Of a stretch of 64,000 nt of DNA, positions 48,801 to 63,306 are shown piece after piece. The DNA comes from Balanoglossus misakiensis (lineage: Eukaryota > Animalia > Hemichordata): positions 4,774,001 through 4,838,000 of the forward strand of contig CM082590.2 in NCBI GenBank assembly GCA_040954595.2. Reading direction: 5' to 3'. Each line of letters begins with the position of its first letter. Position 1 is the stretch's first letter. Below the pieces are notes generated by a model. The model saw nothing but the letters and a program-made list of their open reading frames with translations. It had not been told where the DNA came from and did no database searches. Made by a program: the position numbers and the translations under genes.

Positions 48801-51800
48801 GAAAATAGTGCAAAAAGCGGCAGCTCTTGAGGATTTAAACAAGGGCAATTGACACATGACCCACAACACACGCACCGATAAGACTCAGTATAAGAAACGC
48901 GTTGGCAAGCATTGACCAGTTGTCATAAAACTGTCGGTAAATTGTATTGCTCTTATCAACAGAGAATGGCCTTCACCTGCATCTGATTACATGTTGGAGT
49001 CAGTGATACTCCATGTGTACCAGTGTCCAGTGTGTAATTGATATCAGCACCGCTCAACTCCATTCATACTTTTTAAATTAAAGCTAACACTTTGACTATT
49101 GTTCCTATTAGCCAACATCGATTGAATTGTTGTTCATATCAGCGCGTTCACACTCACTCATGTACTATGTAAAGAAAAGTAAATGACACCCCTGTCCACA
49201 CAAGAACACTATAAAAGTCATAAGTTTGTCCTTCCATTCATGAGGTTTCTGTAACTATTGTTCTTGATATTCCGATGGTTTAGTTTGAAGTTTATTGACA
49301 TGCTGTCTGTTGAGCTTTGTGTCTTAAAGATTAAATACTGTTTGTTCTATTGGCTTTACGCGTATAGACTTTGACGGAAACCACTCAACACACTAATATA
49401 TAGCACAGGGTGTTTGTTTAGTCGGCAGAAAAACACTCCACCACAATCAAGTAGCTACAAACATTTTTCAACCAGATCGCGATAAAGTCAGGAATTATCG
49501 TGAGCTACAGCTGTTTGGCAAAATATTGTCGCAACCATGGCCCTTTAAGAGCAACAATTTCTGAGTTGCCAAAAGAGGCCGTGATTTATTTCGCATGGTT
49601 TAAATTATACTAGTTTAGTATCTAGCCGTATTTTGTCCGCTTTGCTTTCAAAATTATGTCTAGAGTCATGCATGCTACTACATGCCACTGGCCCAATAAA
49701 ACCTGGGAATTGTGATGTAACTAGCGTCCCTCTGAAGTCAATCCCAGACTATTTTTCCTAGGATTGGACAAATGATATACATGTGTGTAATTAAGGATGG
49801 GTTATTTTTTTATGTCAAATTAGCCCCACCTTCACTATAGTCTAACGCCCAATCACCAGTGTTCAGTTTATATGATTGACTACAAGGGGACACAACTCCT
49901 AGACTATTCGAGCGCTGGCGAAATGGAACCAATCAGAACGTGCGTCTCATAAATGTATCGAAATGCAAATTTTAACCGTTACTTTGCCATGACGACCATG
50001 CCGATGGTTATTATTTTTTTCCTACCGCAGATCGCTGTCCTGCGTGAGTTTTTGGTGATTGATGGTGATTCGCTGCTCTGTTTCGGCCAGTCGACGAGTC
50101 GAGGATTAACCGTGTGTAAATCCTTTTGCTCGTGTCCGCTTATTATCCGGAGACTTCAGTGGAGTCGCTCAGGTCTGACTGTCAAAAGGACACCGCTCGA
50201 ACAAGTATACAGTCAATCATGACATATTGAGTAGAATATTGTATTTCAAGGGGTATTATTTTTTAGAAAATTGGGCCAGGACTGGCATAAATTGCAGGCC
50301 CAGTCAGACGAAATTGTGTCTACAGCACATTATATAGCTATGTCAGCCCAGCTGTATGGGGTGCCATGTGTTAACTTATTATTTAGCTAAATTATTTGTT
50401 CAAAAGTCGTTATTTAACATACTTATATGTATGTAATTATAGATTTGCAAACCATTTAAGTCCTGACAATTTATTTATAAATAATTTCAAGTCGCTCTAT
50501 ATTGTGGTCTCCGAGGTCAAAGGTTGGCCGGTCATGGCGATACCATTATTAAAATAGGGGCCAGTCATCAAAACGGTGGCGTATGATTTTTTTAAGTAAG
50601 TTTCCAAATTAAAACGTAAGTGAGCCAAAAAACTACAGGTCAGATAAATTGTTTTCTCGTAAATTCAACATTAGAATCAAATTTGGCGTTGGAAACCCCA
50701 TACAGCTGTCACATATATTGTGAAAGGCTGGCGCCATACCTGCGTCACCTTGAAGGAACTCATGTCGGGTCAGAGGTCATCATTCATTTATATTGCATGA
50801 CTCCGGTCTGCCATGTTTATAGACGCATTGTCAGAATGACTACAAAGTAACACAGGCATGTATTTCAACAGGTGTTTTATCTCAAGCTAGGACCTGCTGC
50901 TCATAAAAAGTTAGTTTACAACAAATCAGCGAAAGAGGTAATACGTGTAACCAGAAAAATTGTAACTAAAATGTCGTCAGAGACCTGGCCTTCTCTGTTT
51001 TTTGTCACACGTTGGATAACCGCGCGTGTATTGAAAAAAAATAACTGAAACATTAACTATAGGTCGTAAGACGGATAAACGCCAACTTGAAGAAGGTTAA
51101 TTTAAGTTTACATATAATATCCATAAATCAAAAGACCCACATTGACAAGCAGTTTTAGACAGGTCAATCCTATTTTTGATTTCCATCCCTGTACTACTGG
51201 TGTCCTCCCTCAACGCCCTAACACGTGTAATGTAGATAAGCAATTGCTTGCAGTTATTATTGTCGTAGAGAATGGCCTTCATCAACACCTTCATCTGATT
51301 TTATTTGGAGTCAGTGAGATTGCATGTGTACCAGTGTTAATTGTGTCATCTTTATCAGCACCGTTCATTCGCATTAATCCTTTTCGACTAGGATTTATTA
51401 AAACCGAGACCAGTATTAGTAAAATTGTCAGACAATATTGATTTTATTGCTGTTATCAGCGCTCTCTCAGTGGTACGAAGTAAAGGAGTATGGGGGATGT
51501 TTGTGACCTGGCCACTATAAAATGTATTCATAAATTAGACCTTTCAGCTATGATGTTTGGGACTATATGTACATCGAGAATTGTTGTTGTGGATATTCCG
51601 ATCCGTGGACTCCGTTTTGAAATTAATTGTCATACAAACAATCTATTCAGCTTGTAATCAGATTAAATTTAATTTGGGCCTTAAAGATTAAATACATATA
51701 TACTGTTTATTGTTTTGGCTTTATGGCATACCGATACCACTCAACACATTTTATAGCACAGAATGTTTTAGTTGGTAGAGAAATACTCCGCCATTCAAAC

Positions 51801-54800
51801 ACACAATCAAGCAAGATAGAAACACTTCTCAACCAGATCGCGATAACGTCAGGATTATCATGAGCTAGAATTCATGCAGCTGTTTTGCATTCAACACATA
51901 GACGTAAACTATCCCCCCCCCCCCCCATTGTACAGTTTCTGCGTTGCCAGAAGAGACCATATTTTATTTCACATATTTAGAATTAATCAATCATTCATCG
52001 GCCAGTTACAGAGTTGATGAAACGCAACCAATCAGAATGTACGTCTCACAAATGTGTTCACATATAAATTAAACCGTTACTTGTCCAGTACTATTCTATT
52101 TCGACTGCAGATCGCTGTCTTACGTGAATGTTGCATGATTGATTTGGGGTTTTGTGCTACTCCGTTTCGGCTTTCTTGATAAGCTCAGTCGAGCAGTGAT
52201 GACAGTGCTCGAACAAGTACAACGGTAAATCCTGACACGTTAAGTAGATTCATGAGTGTGAGTACACATATGTTCCACAGTAGATTGCATCGAGGACACA
52301 CTGTACTGTCAACAGGATCGCGCGTCAGAATAGTCAAGTATCTAGTATCTAGACGTATTTTGTCCGCTTTGCTTCCAAAACTACGTCTAACTTCAATCAT
52401 GCCACTGGCCAAATAAAACCCCATACATTGTTTTGGAAGCAAGGCGAACAAAATACGGCTAGATACTAGACTAGTGTCTGCATGGCCATGGAAAAAGTCC
52501 TCAGATATTCGGTAGATTTTCTATTTTGTCCGATTTGCTTCCAAAACTACGTACGTCTAACCACTTTGCAAAGTAAACACAAAGTGTCGCAATGCAATGT
52601 GAACTGCAATGTGAAGCAAATACGTCCACAGATTACAATGATCATTCATTGCAATACTGTTTTAGATGTTCAGGATATTAACTGAGAATTTACTTTTGCC
52701 AGCCAACATCATCTTTTTATAATGTCAATTAAATTCAAGAAGACTCGTGGCATCATTTCAAAATATTAATTCCTACATACAAACTAATAATTGGCAAATT
52801 AGCTAACTTTAGTCTTATTACACTTACCGCCGAGTTCTGAATGACACGCCGTCAAAGCCACTGGACGTCGACCTGCATACAGAATAGTCGCTGTATGACA
52901 GAGCAGGCAGCTTTAAAGGAACCGCATTGATAACAGCGTCACTTTGCATGGTTTATTGCTGTCCACCACTGCCTTGCACAAATGGAATTCAACTAAAACC
53001 ACTCGACGTCATTTATTGCAACTAGTGTTTACCTTTACACACACAAAAAACCCTGCTGTAATCTATCGGCACATAAAGTTTAAGTCTAAAGTCTTTTTCT
53101 TCTCTATAAAATGCAAGTATGAATTTTACCAGCTATTTAGTAATGCAAATTGTCCATTATTTTGTGCGTATATGTGTTGGAATGTATTAGCGTAGCGGGG
53201 GGGGGGGGGCATCTCTTAAAGATTTAATACGGTTTAATCTATTGGCTTTATGCGTATAGACTTTGACGGAAACCACTCAACACACTTAATATATAGCACA
53301 GGGTGTTTGTTTAGTCGGCAGAAAAACACTCCACCACAATCGAGTAACATATAAACATTTTTCAACCAGATCACGATAAAGTCAGAAATTATCGTGAGCT
53401 ACAGTTTATAACAGGTATTTGGCAAAATATTGTCGCAACCATGGCCCCTTTAGAGAACAGTTTCTGAGTTGGCAAAAGAGGCCGTGGTTTATTTCGCATT
53501 TTTTTTAATTCTTCATCGGGCAATTCAAGCGCTGGCGAAACGCAACCAATCAGAGCGTGCGTCTCATAAATGTATCGAAATGCAAATTTTAACCGTTTGA
53601 TATAACAATACAAAATCTGAGAGGGAAATGACAGAATATATTTGTATGAGGCCATTTGTGTGTGCGGGCCATTTTTAAGACTAAATTTAAAACAGTTATT
53701 AGAGCCCTTGACAAGTGGTTTTTCCCACTGCCAAGCACCCACCTTATCAGGCTGCATTCAATATTACATGAGCAAAACAGTTCAGCATTTCACATTGGTG
53801 TTTGCAAATTGTTCCTTTCACCCATATACCAAACCACTGTTCTCCAAACATGCTGCTCATCATCCACAACACACTGAGAGAGCAGCAAGTGTCCTTGACG
53901 CTATTTTTTGATATAGCTGTTTTATAGATAATTTTACCATAGGAAAACTATACCTTGAGGTGAGCAACAATGCTGACTGAACACGTAGGATGGGAACACT
54001 TTTTTCACTCATCATGCTTAAATTCAAAATATACAAGAAATATGTGGTTTGACGGGTCCCATACAAAATGTAGAGCGGAATATAAAGTAAGGGTAACTGG
54101 AGGAACGATAGGCAATATAATCTCTACCACGTTGTTTCATGAGTCACTGGACTGACCCATCAGGAGACTAAACTGGCCAGTTTATTACTTTTTGCCTTTA
54201 AAACACATCAACAGTTTTCAAGTTTGGAAATTCCGGTACTCATAGATATCATCACTTGTTGATGTGGTCAGTGGGGGAAACATTATAAATTATGTATTTT
54301 GATAGTTTGCTGTAACCCAGGTTACAGCAATTATTAATCAGCGGTCAGAATCTTTCAGCACAAAAATCTCTGGAAAAGAAGTTTGCTGCCAGGGTGGAAA
54401 GAAATTAAATGATCCACCCTTAACTATAAAATTCCGCACAATGGGGGAATTGAAGAGGCTTATCAATCTAGAATTTGTAAAGTGAGACATATTTGAAGCC
54501 CCATGAGCTGCCAAATTCCACATTATTTCTCACAATAAAATACATAAGATCTTCTCCCTATATCCCCATTACAATGTGCACCATCAAGGCACACTACTTG
54601 CATACCACAATAGTTGTATACTCTTTGTATGGAGGCAGATTAAACAGGCATGGCACCCATTTAATATATCAGTTGTTCAAATTGCAACATCCAGCCGAAA
54701 TATGGCATCGATAAGATGTTTATGTACACCTATAAGTTTAATCTTATTTAGATGGACCAATCTAAAGTTGGAAAGTAAAAACCTGAAAATAATGCAAAAA

Positions 54801-57800
54801 GTGGCAGCTTTTGATGATTTAAAGAAGGGCAATTGACACATGACCCACAACACACGCACTGATAAGAACATCAGCGTAAGAACCGGGTTGGCAAACATTT
54901 TTGGGCAAACATTGACCAGTTGTCATAAAACTGTCGGTCAATTTTATTGCTCTTTTCAACATAGAATGGCCTTCACCTGCATCTGATTACATGTTGGAGT
55001 CAGTGAGACTCCATGTGTACCAGTGTCCAGTGTGTAACTGTTATCAGCACTGCTCAACTGCATTCATACTTTTTAATTGAAACTTCAACTTTGGATATTG
55101 TTCCTAATTACGTACCAACATCGATAAAACTGTTGTTCATATCAGCGCATTCACACGCACTCATGTACTATGTAAAGAAGTGTAAATGACATCCGTGCCT
55201 ACACAAGAACATAAGTTTGGCCTTCCATTCATGAGGTTTCTGTGACTATGGTTTATTGACATGCTGTCTGTTGAGCTTTGTGTCTTAAAGATTAAATACT
55301 GTTTGTTCTATTGGCTTTACGCGTATAGACTTTGACAGAAACCACTCAACACACTAATATATAGCACAGGGTGTTTGTTTAGTCGGCAGAAAAACACTCC
55401 ACCACAATCAAGTAGCTACAAACATTTTTCAACCAGATCGCGATAAAGTCAGGAATTATCGTGAGCTACAGCTGTTTGGCAAAATATTGTCGCAACCATG
55501 GCCCTTTAAGAGCAACAATTTCTGAGTTGCCAAAAGAGGCCGTGATTTATTTCGCATGGTTTAAATTATACTAGTTTAGTATCTAGCCGTATTTTGTCCG
55601 CTTTGCTTTCAAAATTATGTCTAGAGTCATGCATGCTACTACATGCCACTGGCCCAATAAAACCTGGGAATTGTGATGTAACTAGCGTCCCTCTGAAGTC
55701 AATCCCTGACTGTTTTTCCTAGGATTGGACAAATGATATACATTTGTGTAATCAAGGATGGGTAAAAAATTTATGTCAAATTAGCCCCACCTTCACTATA
55801 ATATAACGCCCAATCACCAGTGTTCAGTTTATGTGATTGACTACAAGGGGGTGCTAGTTACATCACAACTTCTAGACTATTCGAGCGCTGGCGAAATAGA
55901 ACCAATCAGAACGTGCGTCTCATAAATGTATCGAAATGCAAATTTTAACCGTTACTTTGCCATGACGACCATGCCGATGGTTATTATTTTTTTTCTACCG
56001 CAGATCGCTGTCCTGCGTGAGTGTTGGGTGATTGATGGTGATTCGCTGCTCTGTTTCGGCCAGTCGAGGATTAACCGTGTGTAAATCCTTTTGCTCGTGT
56101 CCGCTTATTATCCGGAGACTTCAGTGGAGTCGCTCAGGTCTGACTGTCAAAAGGACACCGCTCGAACAATCAATCATGACATATTGAGTAGAATATTGTA
56201 TTTCAAGGGGTATTATTTTTTAGAAAGTTGGGCCAGGACAGGCATAAATTTCAGGCCCAGTCAGACGAAATTGTGTCTACAGCACATTATATAGCTATGT
56301 CAGCCCAGCTGTCACATATATTGTGAAAGGCTGGCGCCATACCTGCGTCACTTTGAAGGAACTCATGTCGGGTCAGAGGTCATCATTCGTTTTTATTGCA
56401 TGACTCCGGTCTGCCATGTTTATAGACACACTGTCAGAATGAATACAAAGTAACACAGGCATGTATTTCAACAGGTGTTTTATCTCAAGCTAGGACCTGC
56501 TGCTTATAAAAAGTTACTTTACAACAAATCAGCGAAAGAGGTAATACGTGTAACCAGAAAAATTGTAAATAAAATGTCGTCAGAGACCGAGACTTCTCTG
56601 TTTTTTGTCATTAATCCTTTTCGACTAGGATTTATTAAAACCAAGACCAGTATTCATAAAATTGACATGACCACTATAAAATGTATTCATAAATTTAACC
56701 TTTCAGCTATGATGTTTTTGGACTATATGTACATCAATAATTGTTGTTTTGGATATTCCGATCCGTGGAATCCGTTTTGAAATTAATTGCCATACAAACA
56801 ATCTATTCAGCTTGTAATAAAATTAAATTATATTTGGGTCTTAAAGATTAAATACATATATACTGTTTATTTTTTTTACTTTATGGCATACCGAAACCAC
56901 TCAACACATTTTATAGCACAGAAGGTTTTAGTTGGTGGAGAAATACTCCACCATTCAAGCACACAATCAAGCAGGATAGAAACACTTCTCAACCAGGTCG
57001 CGATAAAGTCAGGATTATCATGAGCTAGAATTCATGCAGCTGTTTTGCATTCAACACATTGACGTAAACTATTCCCCACCCCCTTGTACAGTTTCTGCGT
57101 TGCCAGAAGAGACCATGTTTTATTTCTAATATTTAGAATTAATCAATCATTCTTCAGCCAGTTACAGAGTTGACGAAACGGAGCCAATCAGAACGTACGT
57201 CTCACAAATGTGTTCACATATAAATTAAACCGTTACTTGTCCAGTACTATTCTATTTCGACTGCAGATCGCTGTCTTACGTGAATGTTGCATGATTGATT
57301 TGGGGTTTCTTGCTACTCCGTTTCGGCTTTCTTGATAAGCTCAGTCGAGCAGTAATGACAGTGCTCGAACAAGTACAACGGTAAATCCTGACACGTTAAG
57401 TATATTCATGAGTGTGAGTACACATATGTTCCACAGTAGATTGCATCGAGGACACACTGTACTGTCTATAGAATCGCGTGTCAGAATAGTCAAGTATCTA
57501 GTATCTAGCCGTATTTTGTCCGCTTTGCTTCCAAAACTACGTACGTCTAACCACTTTGCAAAGTAAACACAAAGTGTCGCAATGCAATGTGAACTGCAAT
57601 GTGAAGCAAATACGTCCACAAATTACAATGATCATTCATTGCAATACTGTTTTAGATGTTCAGGATATTAACTGAGAATTTACTTTTGCCAGCCAACATC
57701 ATCTTTTTATAATGTCAATTAAATTCAAGACTCGTTGCATCATTTCAAAACATTAATTCCTACATACAAAGTAATAATTGGTAAATTAGCTAACTTTTGT

Positions 57801-60800
57801 CTTATTACACTTACCGCCGAGTTCTGAATGACACGCCGTCAAAGCCACTGGACGTCGACCTGCATACAGAATAGTCGCTGTATGACAGAGCAGGCAGCTT
57901 TAAAGGAACCGCATTGATAACAGCGTCACTTTGCATGGTTTATTGCTGTCCACCACTGCCTTGCACAAATGGAATTCAACTGAAACCACTCGACGTCATT
58001 TATTGCAACTAGTGTTTACCTTTACACACACAAAAAACCCTGCTGTAAACTATCAGCATATATCAGTTTAAGTCTAAAGTCTTTTTCTTCTCTATAAAAT
58101 GCAAGTATGAATTTTACCAGCTATTTAGTAATGCAAATTGTCCATTATTTTGTGCGTATATGTGTTGGAATGTATAAGCGTAGCGGGGGGGGGCATCTCT
58201 TAAAGATTTAATACGGTTTAATCTATTGGCTTTATGCGTATAGACTTTGGCGGAAACCACTCAACACACTTAATATATAGCACAGAATGTTTGTTTAGTC
58301 GGCAGAAAAACACTCCACCACAATCAAGTAACATACAAACATTTTTCAACCAGATCACGATAAAGTCAGGAATTATCGTGAGCTACAGCTGTTTGGCAAA
58401 ATATTGTCGCAACCATGGCCCTTTAAGAGCAACAATTTCTGAGTTGCCAAAAGAGGCCGTTGTTTATTTGGAATGTTTTTAATTATACTAATTTAGTATC
58501 TAGCCGTATTTTGTCCGCTTTGCTTTCAAAATTATGTCTAGAGTCATGCATGCTACTACATGCCACTGGCCCAGTAAAACCTGGGAATTGTGATGTAACT
58601 AGCGACCCTCTGAAGTCAGACTGTTTTTCCTAGGATTGGACAAATGATATACATGTGTGTAATTAAGGATGGGTAAAATTTTTAATTAGCCCCACCATCA
58701 CTATAGTCTAACGCCCAATCACCAGTGTTCAGTTTATATGATTGACTACAAGGGGACACAACTCCTAGACTATTCGAGCGCTGGCGAAATGGAACCAATC
58801 AGAACGTGCGTCTCATAAATGTATCGAAATGCAAATTTTAACCGTTACTTTGCCTTGCCGATTGGTATTATTTTTTTCTACCGCAGATCGCTGTCCTGCG
58901 TGAGTGTTGGGTAATTGATGGTGATTCGCTGCTCTGTTTCGTCGATGGTGTAAATAACAGTCGAGGATTGACCGTGTGCAAATCCTTTTTGCTCGTGTCC
59001 GCTTATTATCCGGAGACTTAAGTGGAGTCGCTAAGGTCTGACTGTCAAAAGGACACCGCTCGAACAAGTATGCAGTAAATCATGACATATTGAGTAGAAT
59101 ATTGTATTTCAAGGGGTATAATTTTTTGAAAATTGGGCCAGGACAGGCCTAAATTGCAGGCCCAGTCAGACGAAATTGTGTCTACAGCACATTATATAGC
59201 TATGTCAGCCCAGCTGTCACATATATTGTGAAAGGCTGGCGCCATACCTGCGTCACCTTGAAGGAACTCATGTGGGGTCAGAGGTCATCATTCATTTATA
59301 ATGCATGACTCCGGTCTGCCATGTTTATAGACGCACTGTCAGAATGACTACAAAGTAACACAGGCATGTATTTCAACAGGTGTTTTATCTCAAGCTAGGA
59401 CCTGCTGCTCATAAAAAGTTAGTTTACAACAAATCAGCGAAAGAGGTTAAATACGTGTAACCAGAAAAATTGTAAATAAATGTCGTCAGAGACCTGGCCT
59501 TCTCTGTTTTTTGTCACACGTTGGATAACCGCGCGTGTATTGAAAAAAAAATAACTGAAACATTAACTAGGTCGTAAGACGGATAAACGCCAACTTGAAG
59601 AAGGTTAATTTCAGTTTACATATAATATCCATAAATCATAAGACCCACATTGACAAACAGTTTTAGACAGGACAATCCAATTTTTGATTTCCATCCCTGT
59701 ACTACTGTTGTCCTCCCTCTTGTCGCTAACGAGTCAATCGGATTCAACGCCCTAACACGTGTAATGAAGATAAGCAATTGCTTGCAGTTATTATTGTCAT
59801 AGAAAATGGCATTCATCAACACCTTCATCTGATTATACCGGTATTTGGAGTCAGCGAGATTGCATGTGTACCAGTGTTAATTGTGTCATCTTTATCAGCA
59901 CCGTTCATTCGCATTAATCCTTTTCGACTAGGATTTATTACAACCGAGACCAGTATTCATAAAATTGTCAGCTAATATTGATTTTATTGCTGTTATCAGC
60001 GCTCTCTCAGTGGTACGAAGTAAAGGAGTATGGGGGAAATTTGTGACATGACCACTATAAAATGTATTCACAAATTTGACCTTTCAGCTATGATGTTTGG
60101 GACTATACGTACATCAAGAAGTGTTGTTGTGGATATTCCGATCCGTGGACTCCGTTTTGAAATTAATTGTCATACAAACAATCTTTTCAGCTTGTAATCA
60201 GAAGAAATTTACTTTGGGTCTTAAAAATTAAATACATATATACTGTTTATTGATTTGGCTTTATGGCATACCGAAACCACTCAACACATTTTATAGCACA
60301 GAATGTTTTAGTTGGTAGAGAAATACTCCACCATTCAAACACACAATCAAGCAGGATAGAAACACTTCTCAACCAGATCGCGATAAAGTCAGGATTATCA
60401 TGAGCTAGAATTCATACAGCTGTTTTGCATTCAACACATTGATGTAAACTATTCCCCCCCCCCCACCCCTTTGTACAGTTTCTGCGTTGCCAGAAGAGAC
60501 CGTGTTATATTTCTCATATTTAGAATTAATCAATTATTCATCGGCCAGTTACAGAGTTGACGAAACGGAGCCAATCAGAATGTACGTCTCACAAATGTGT
60601 TCACATATAAATTAAACCGTTACTTGTCCAGTACTATTCTATTTTGACTGCAGATCGCTGTCTTACGTGAATGTTGCATGAATGTTTTGGGGTTTTGTGC
60701 TACTCCGTTTTCTTGGCAAGCTCAGTCGAGCAGTGATGACTGTGTTCTAACCAGTACAACGGTAAATCCTGACACGTTAAGTAGATTCATGAGTGTGAGT

Positions 60801-63260
60801 ACACATATGTTCCACAGTAGATTGCATCGAGGACACACTGCACTGTCAACAGGATCGCGCGTCAGAATAGTCAAGTATCTAGTATCTAGCCGTATTTCGT
60901 CCGCTTTGCTTCCAAAACTACGTCTAACTTCAATCATGCCACTGGCCCAATAAAACCCCATACCCCTTCTGGGAATTGTATGTCACTAGTGTCCCTCTGA
61001 AGTCAATCAGAGACTTTGTTTTTCCAATGATTGGACAAAGGATATACATATGTGTAATTAAGGAGGGGAAACAAATTAGCTCTGTCTTCACTATAACCTT
61101 ACACCCAATCACCATTGTTCAGTTTATGTGAGTGACTTCAAGGGGACGCTAGTAACATCACAACCCCCAGCAAAGGGTATGGGGTTTTATTGGGCCAGTG
61201 GCATGATTGAAGTTAGACATTGTTTTGGAAACAAAGCGGACAAAATACAGCTAGATACTAGACTAGTGTCTGCATGGCCATGGAAAAAGACCTCAGAATT
61301 TCGGTAGATTTTCTATCGAATATCGTTAATGTTGTAAAGAAATTGCAGTTGATAGATTATGGAAAATCTATGGAACTTTCTTTAAGGGGTGCACCACTTT
61401 GCAACGTAAACAAAAAGTGTGGCGATGCAATGTGAACTTGTTCTTTTAAAACAAAAATAAAGCAAATACGTCCACAAATTACAATAATGATTTAGATGGT
61501 CAGGACATAAACTGAGAATTTCCATTTGCCAGCCAATATCATCTTTTTATAATGTCAATTAAATTCAAGAAGACTCGTGGCATCATTTCAAACTATTAAT
61601 TCCTACATACAAAGTAATAATTGGCAAATTAGCTAACTTAAGTCTTATTACACTTACCGCCGAGTTCTGAATGACACGCCGTCAAAGCCACTGGACGTCG
61701 ACCTGCATACACGGTCAGAATAGTCGCTGTATGACAGAGCAGAAAACTTTATAGGAACCGCATTGATAACAGCGTCACTTTGCATGGTTTATTGCTGTCC
61801 ACCACTGCCTTGCACAAATGGATTTCAACTGAAACCACTCGACGTCATTTATTGCAACTAGTCTTTACCTTTACACACACAAAATACCCCTGCTGTAAAC
61901 TATCAGCATAAAGTTTGTCTAAATTTACAGTCAGTCAGGAATTATCGTGAGCTACAGGTCATACAGCTGTTTGGCAAAATATTGTCGCAACAATGGCCCC
62001 TTTAGAGCACTACATCTTCTTTTTAAAATCTCGAATACATTCAAGAATCCTTGTTGCATCATTTCCAACTTCCACAAACAAACTCATAATTGTAACATTA
62101 GCTGACTTCAGTCTTGAACTGAATACACTCAACATATATTTCTAAATGGCACGCCGTCAACGCCACAGGACACCGACCTGCATACACGGTCAGAATAGTC
62201 GCTGAATGACAGAGCAGACAAGTTTAAAGGAACCGCATTGATAACAGCGTCACTTTGCATGGTTTATTGCTGTCCACCACTGCCTTGCACAAATGGAATT
62301 CAACTGAAACCACTCGACGTCATTTATTGCTACTAGTGTTTACCTTTACACACACAAAATACCCCTGCTGTAAACTATCAGCATACAAAGTTTAACTCTA
62401 AAGTTTTTTCTTCTCTATAAAATGCAAGTATGAGTTTTACCAGCTGTTTTGTAATGCAAAATTTCCATTCTTTTGTGCATATATGTGTTGGAATGTATTA
62501 GCGTAACGGTGGGGGGGGGGGGCATCTCTTTATAAAAGATTAAATACTGTTTAATCTATTGGCTGTATGCGTATAGACTTTGACGGAAACCACTCAACAC
62601 ACTTAATATATAGCACAGGGTGTTTGTTTAGTCGGCAGAAAAACACTCCACCACAATCAAGTAGCTACAAACATTTTTCAACCAGATCACGATAAAGTCA
62701 GGAATTATCGTGAACCAAAGGTCATACAGCTGTTTGGCAAAATATTGTCGCAAACATGGCCCCTTTAGAGCACTCCATCTTCTTTTTAAAATCTCGAATA
62801 AATTCAAGAATCCTTGTTGCATCATTTCCAACTTCCACAAACAAACTCATAATTGTAACCTTAGCTGACTTCAGTCTTGAACTGAATACACTCAACATAG
62901 ATTTCTTAATGACATGCCGTCAACGCCACTGGACACCGACCTGCATACACGGTCAGAAAACTCGCTGAATGACAGAGCAAACAACTTTGATAACAACGCC
63001 GCTTTGCAAGGTTTACTGCTGTCCACATCTGCCTCGCACAAATGGAATTCAACTGAAACCACTCGACGTCATTTATTGCAACCAGTGTTTATCTTTACGC
63101 ACAGAAAAATACCCTAGCTGTAAAATATAAACATATAAAGAATTTTTAAGTCTGAATCGTTCCTCTCTATAAAGTATAAATTTTATATCCGTCAACTGTC
63201 TTGTAATGTTAATTGTCGATTCGGGTATAGAGACATATGCTGGAATGTATTAGCGTAGCC
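39900..63260 (+). repeat. Roughly 23-kb higher-order tandem array of related 0.6-2.4 kb monomers
   Basis: A 230-bp core (aaaccactcaacac...aaccagatcgcgataaagtcagga...gagcta) occurs at about 41275, 43305, 44150, 45905, 47245, 49323, 51680, 53215, 55283, 56840, 58198, 60220, 61935 (partial) and 62535. A roughly 6-kb super-unit is visible (47245-53215 vs 53215-58198). Confidence 0.93.
50355..50702. mobile_element. 348-bp TIR element inserted at CAGCTG in one array monomer
   Basis: cagctg|tatggggtgcca...tggaaaccccata|cagctg; the empty site cagcccagctgtcac is present in sister copies at about 42310, 56301 and 59206. Confidence 0.88.
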
Positions 63261-63306
63261 CGGGCATGTGTCGAATTTCAGATATAAAAAAACAACTGAG
63301 ATTATT

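Noticed and set aside
39900-63260. Array as hidden ankyrin-exon library, histone/rDNA/snRNA/tRNA cluster, or source of the short recurrent ORFs
   Set aside because: No 99-bp ankyrin exons or known RNA-gene signatures were recognised by eye, and the short ORFs are broken by indels between copies; an Rfam/HMM scan is still needed to exclude this fully.
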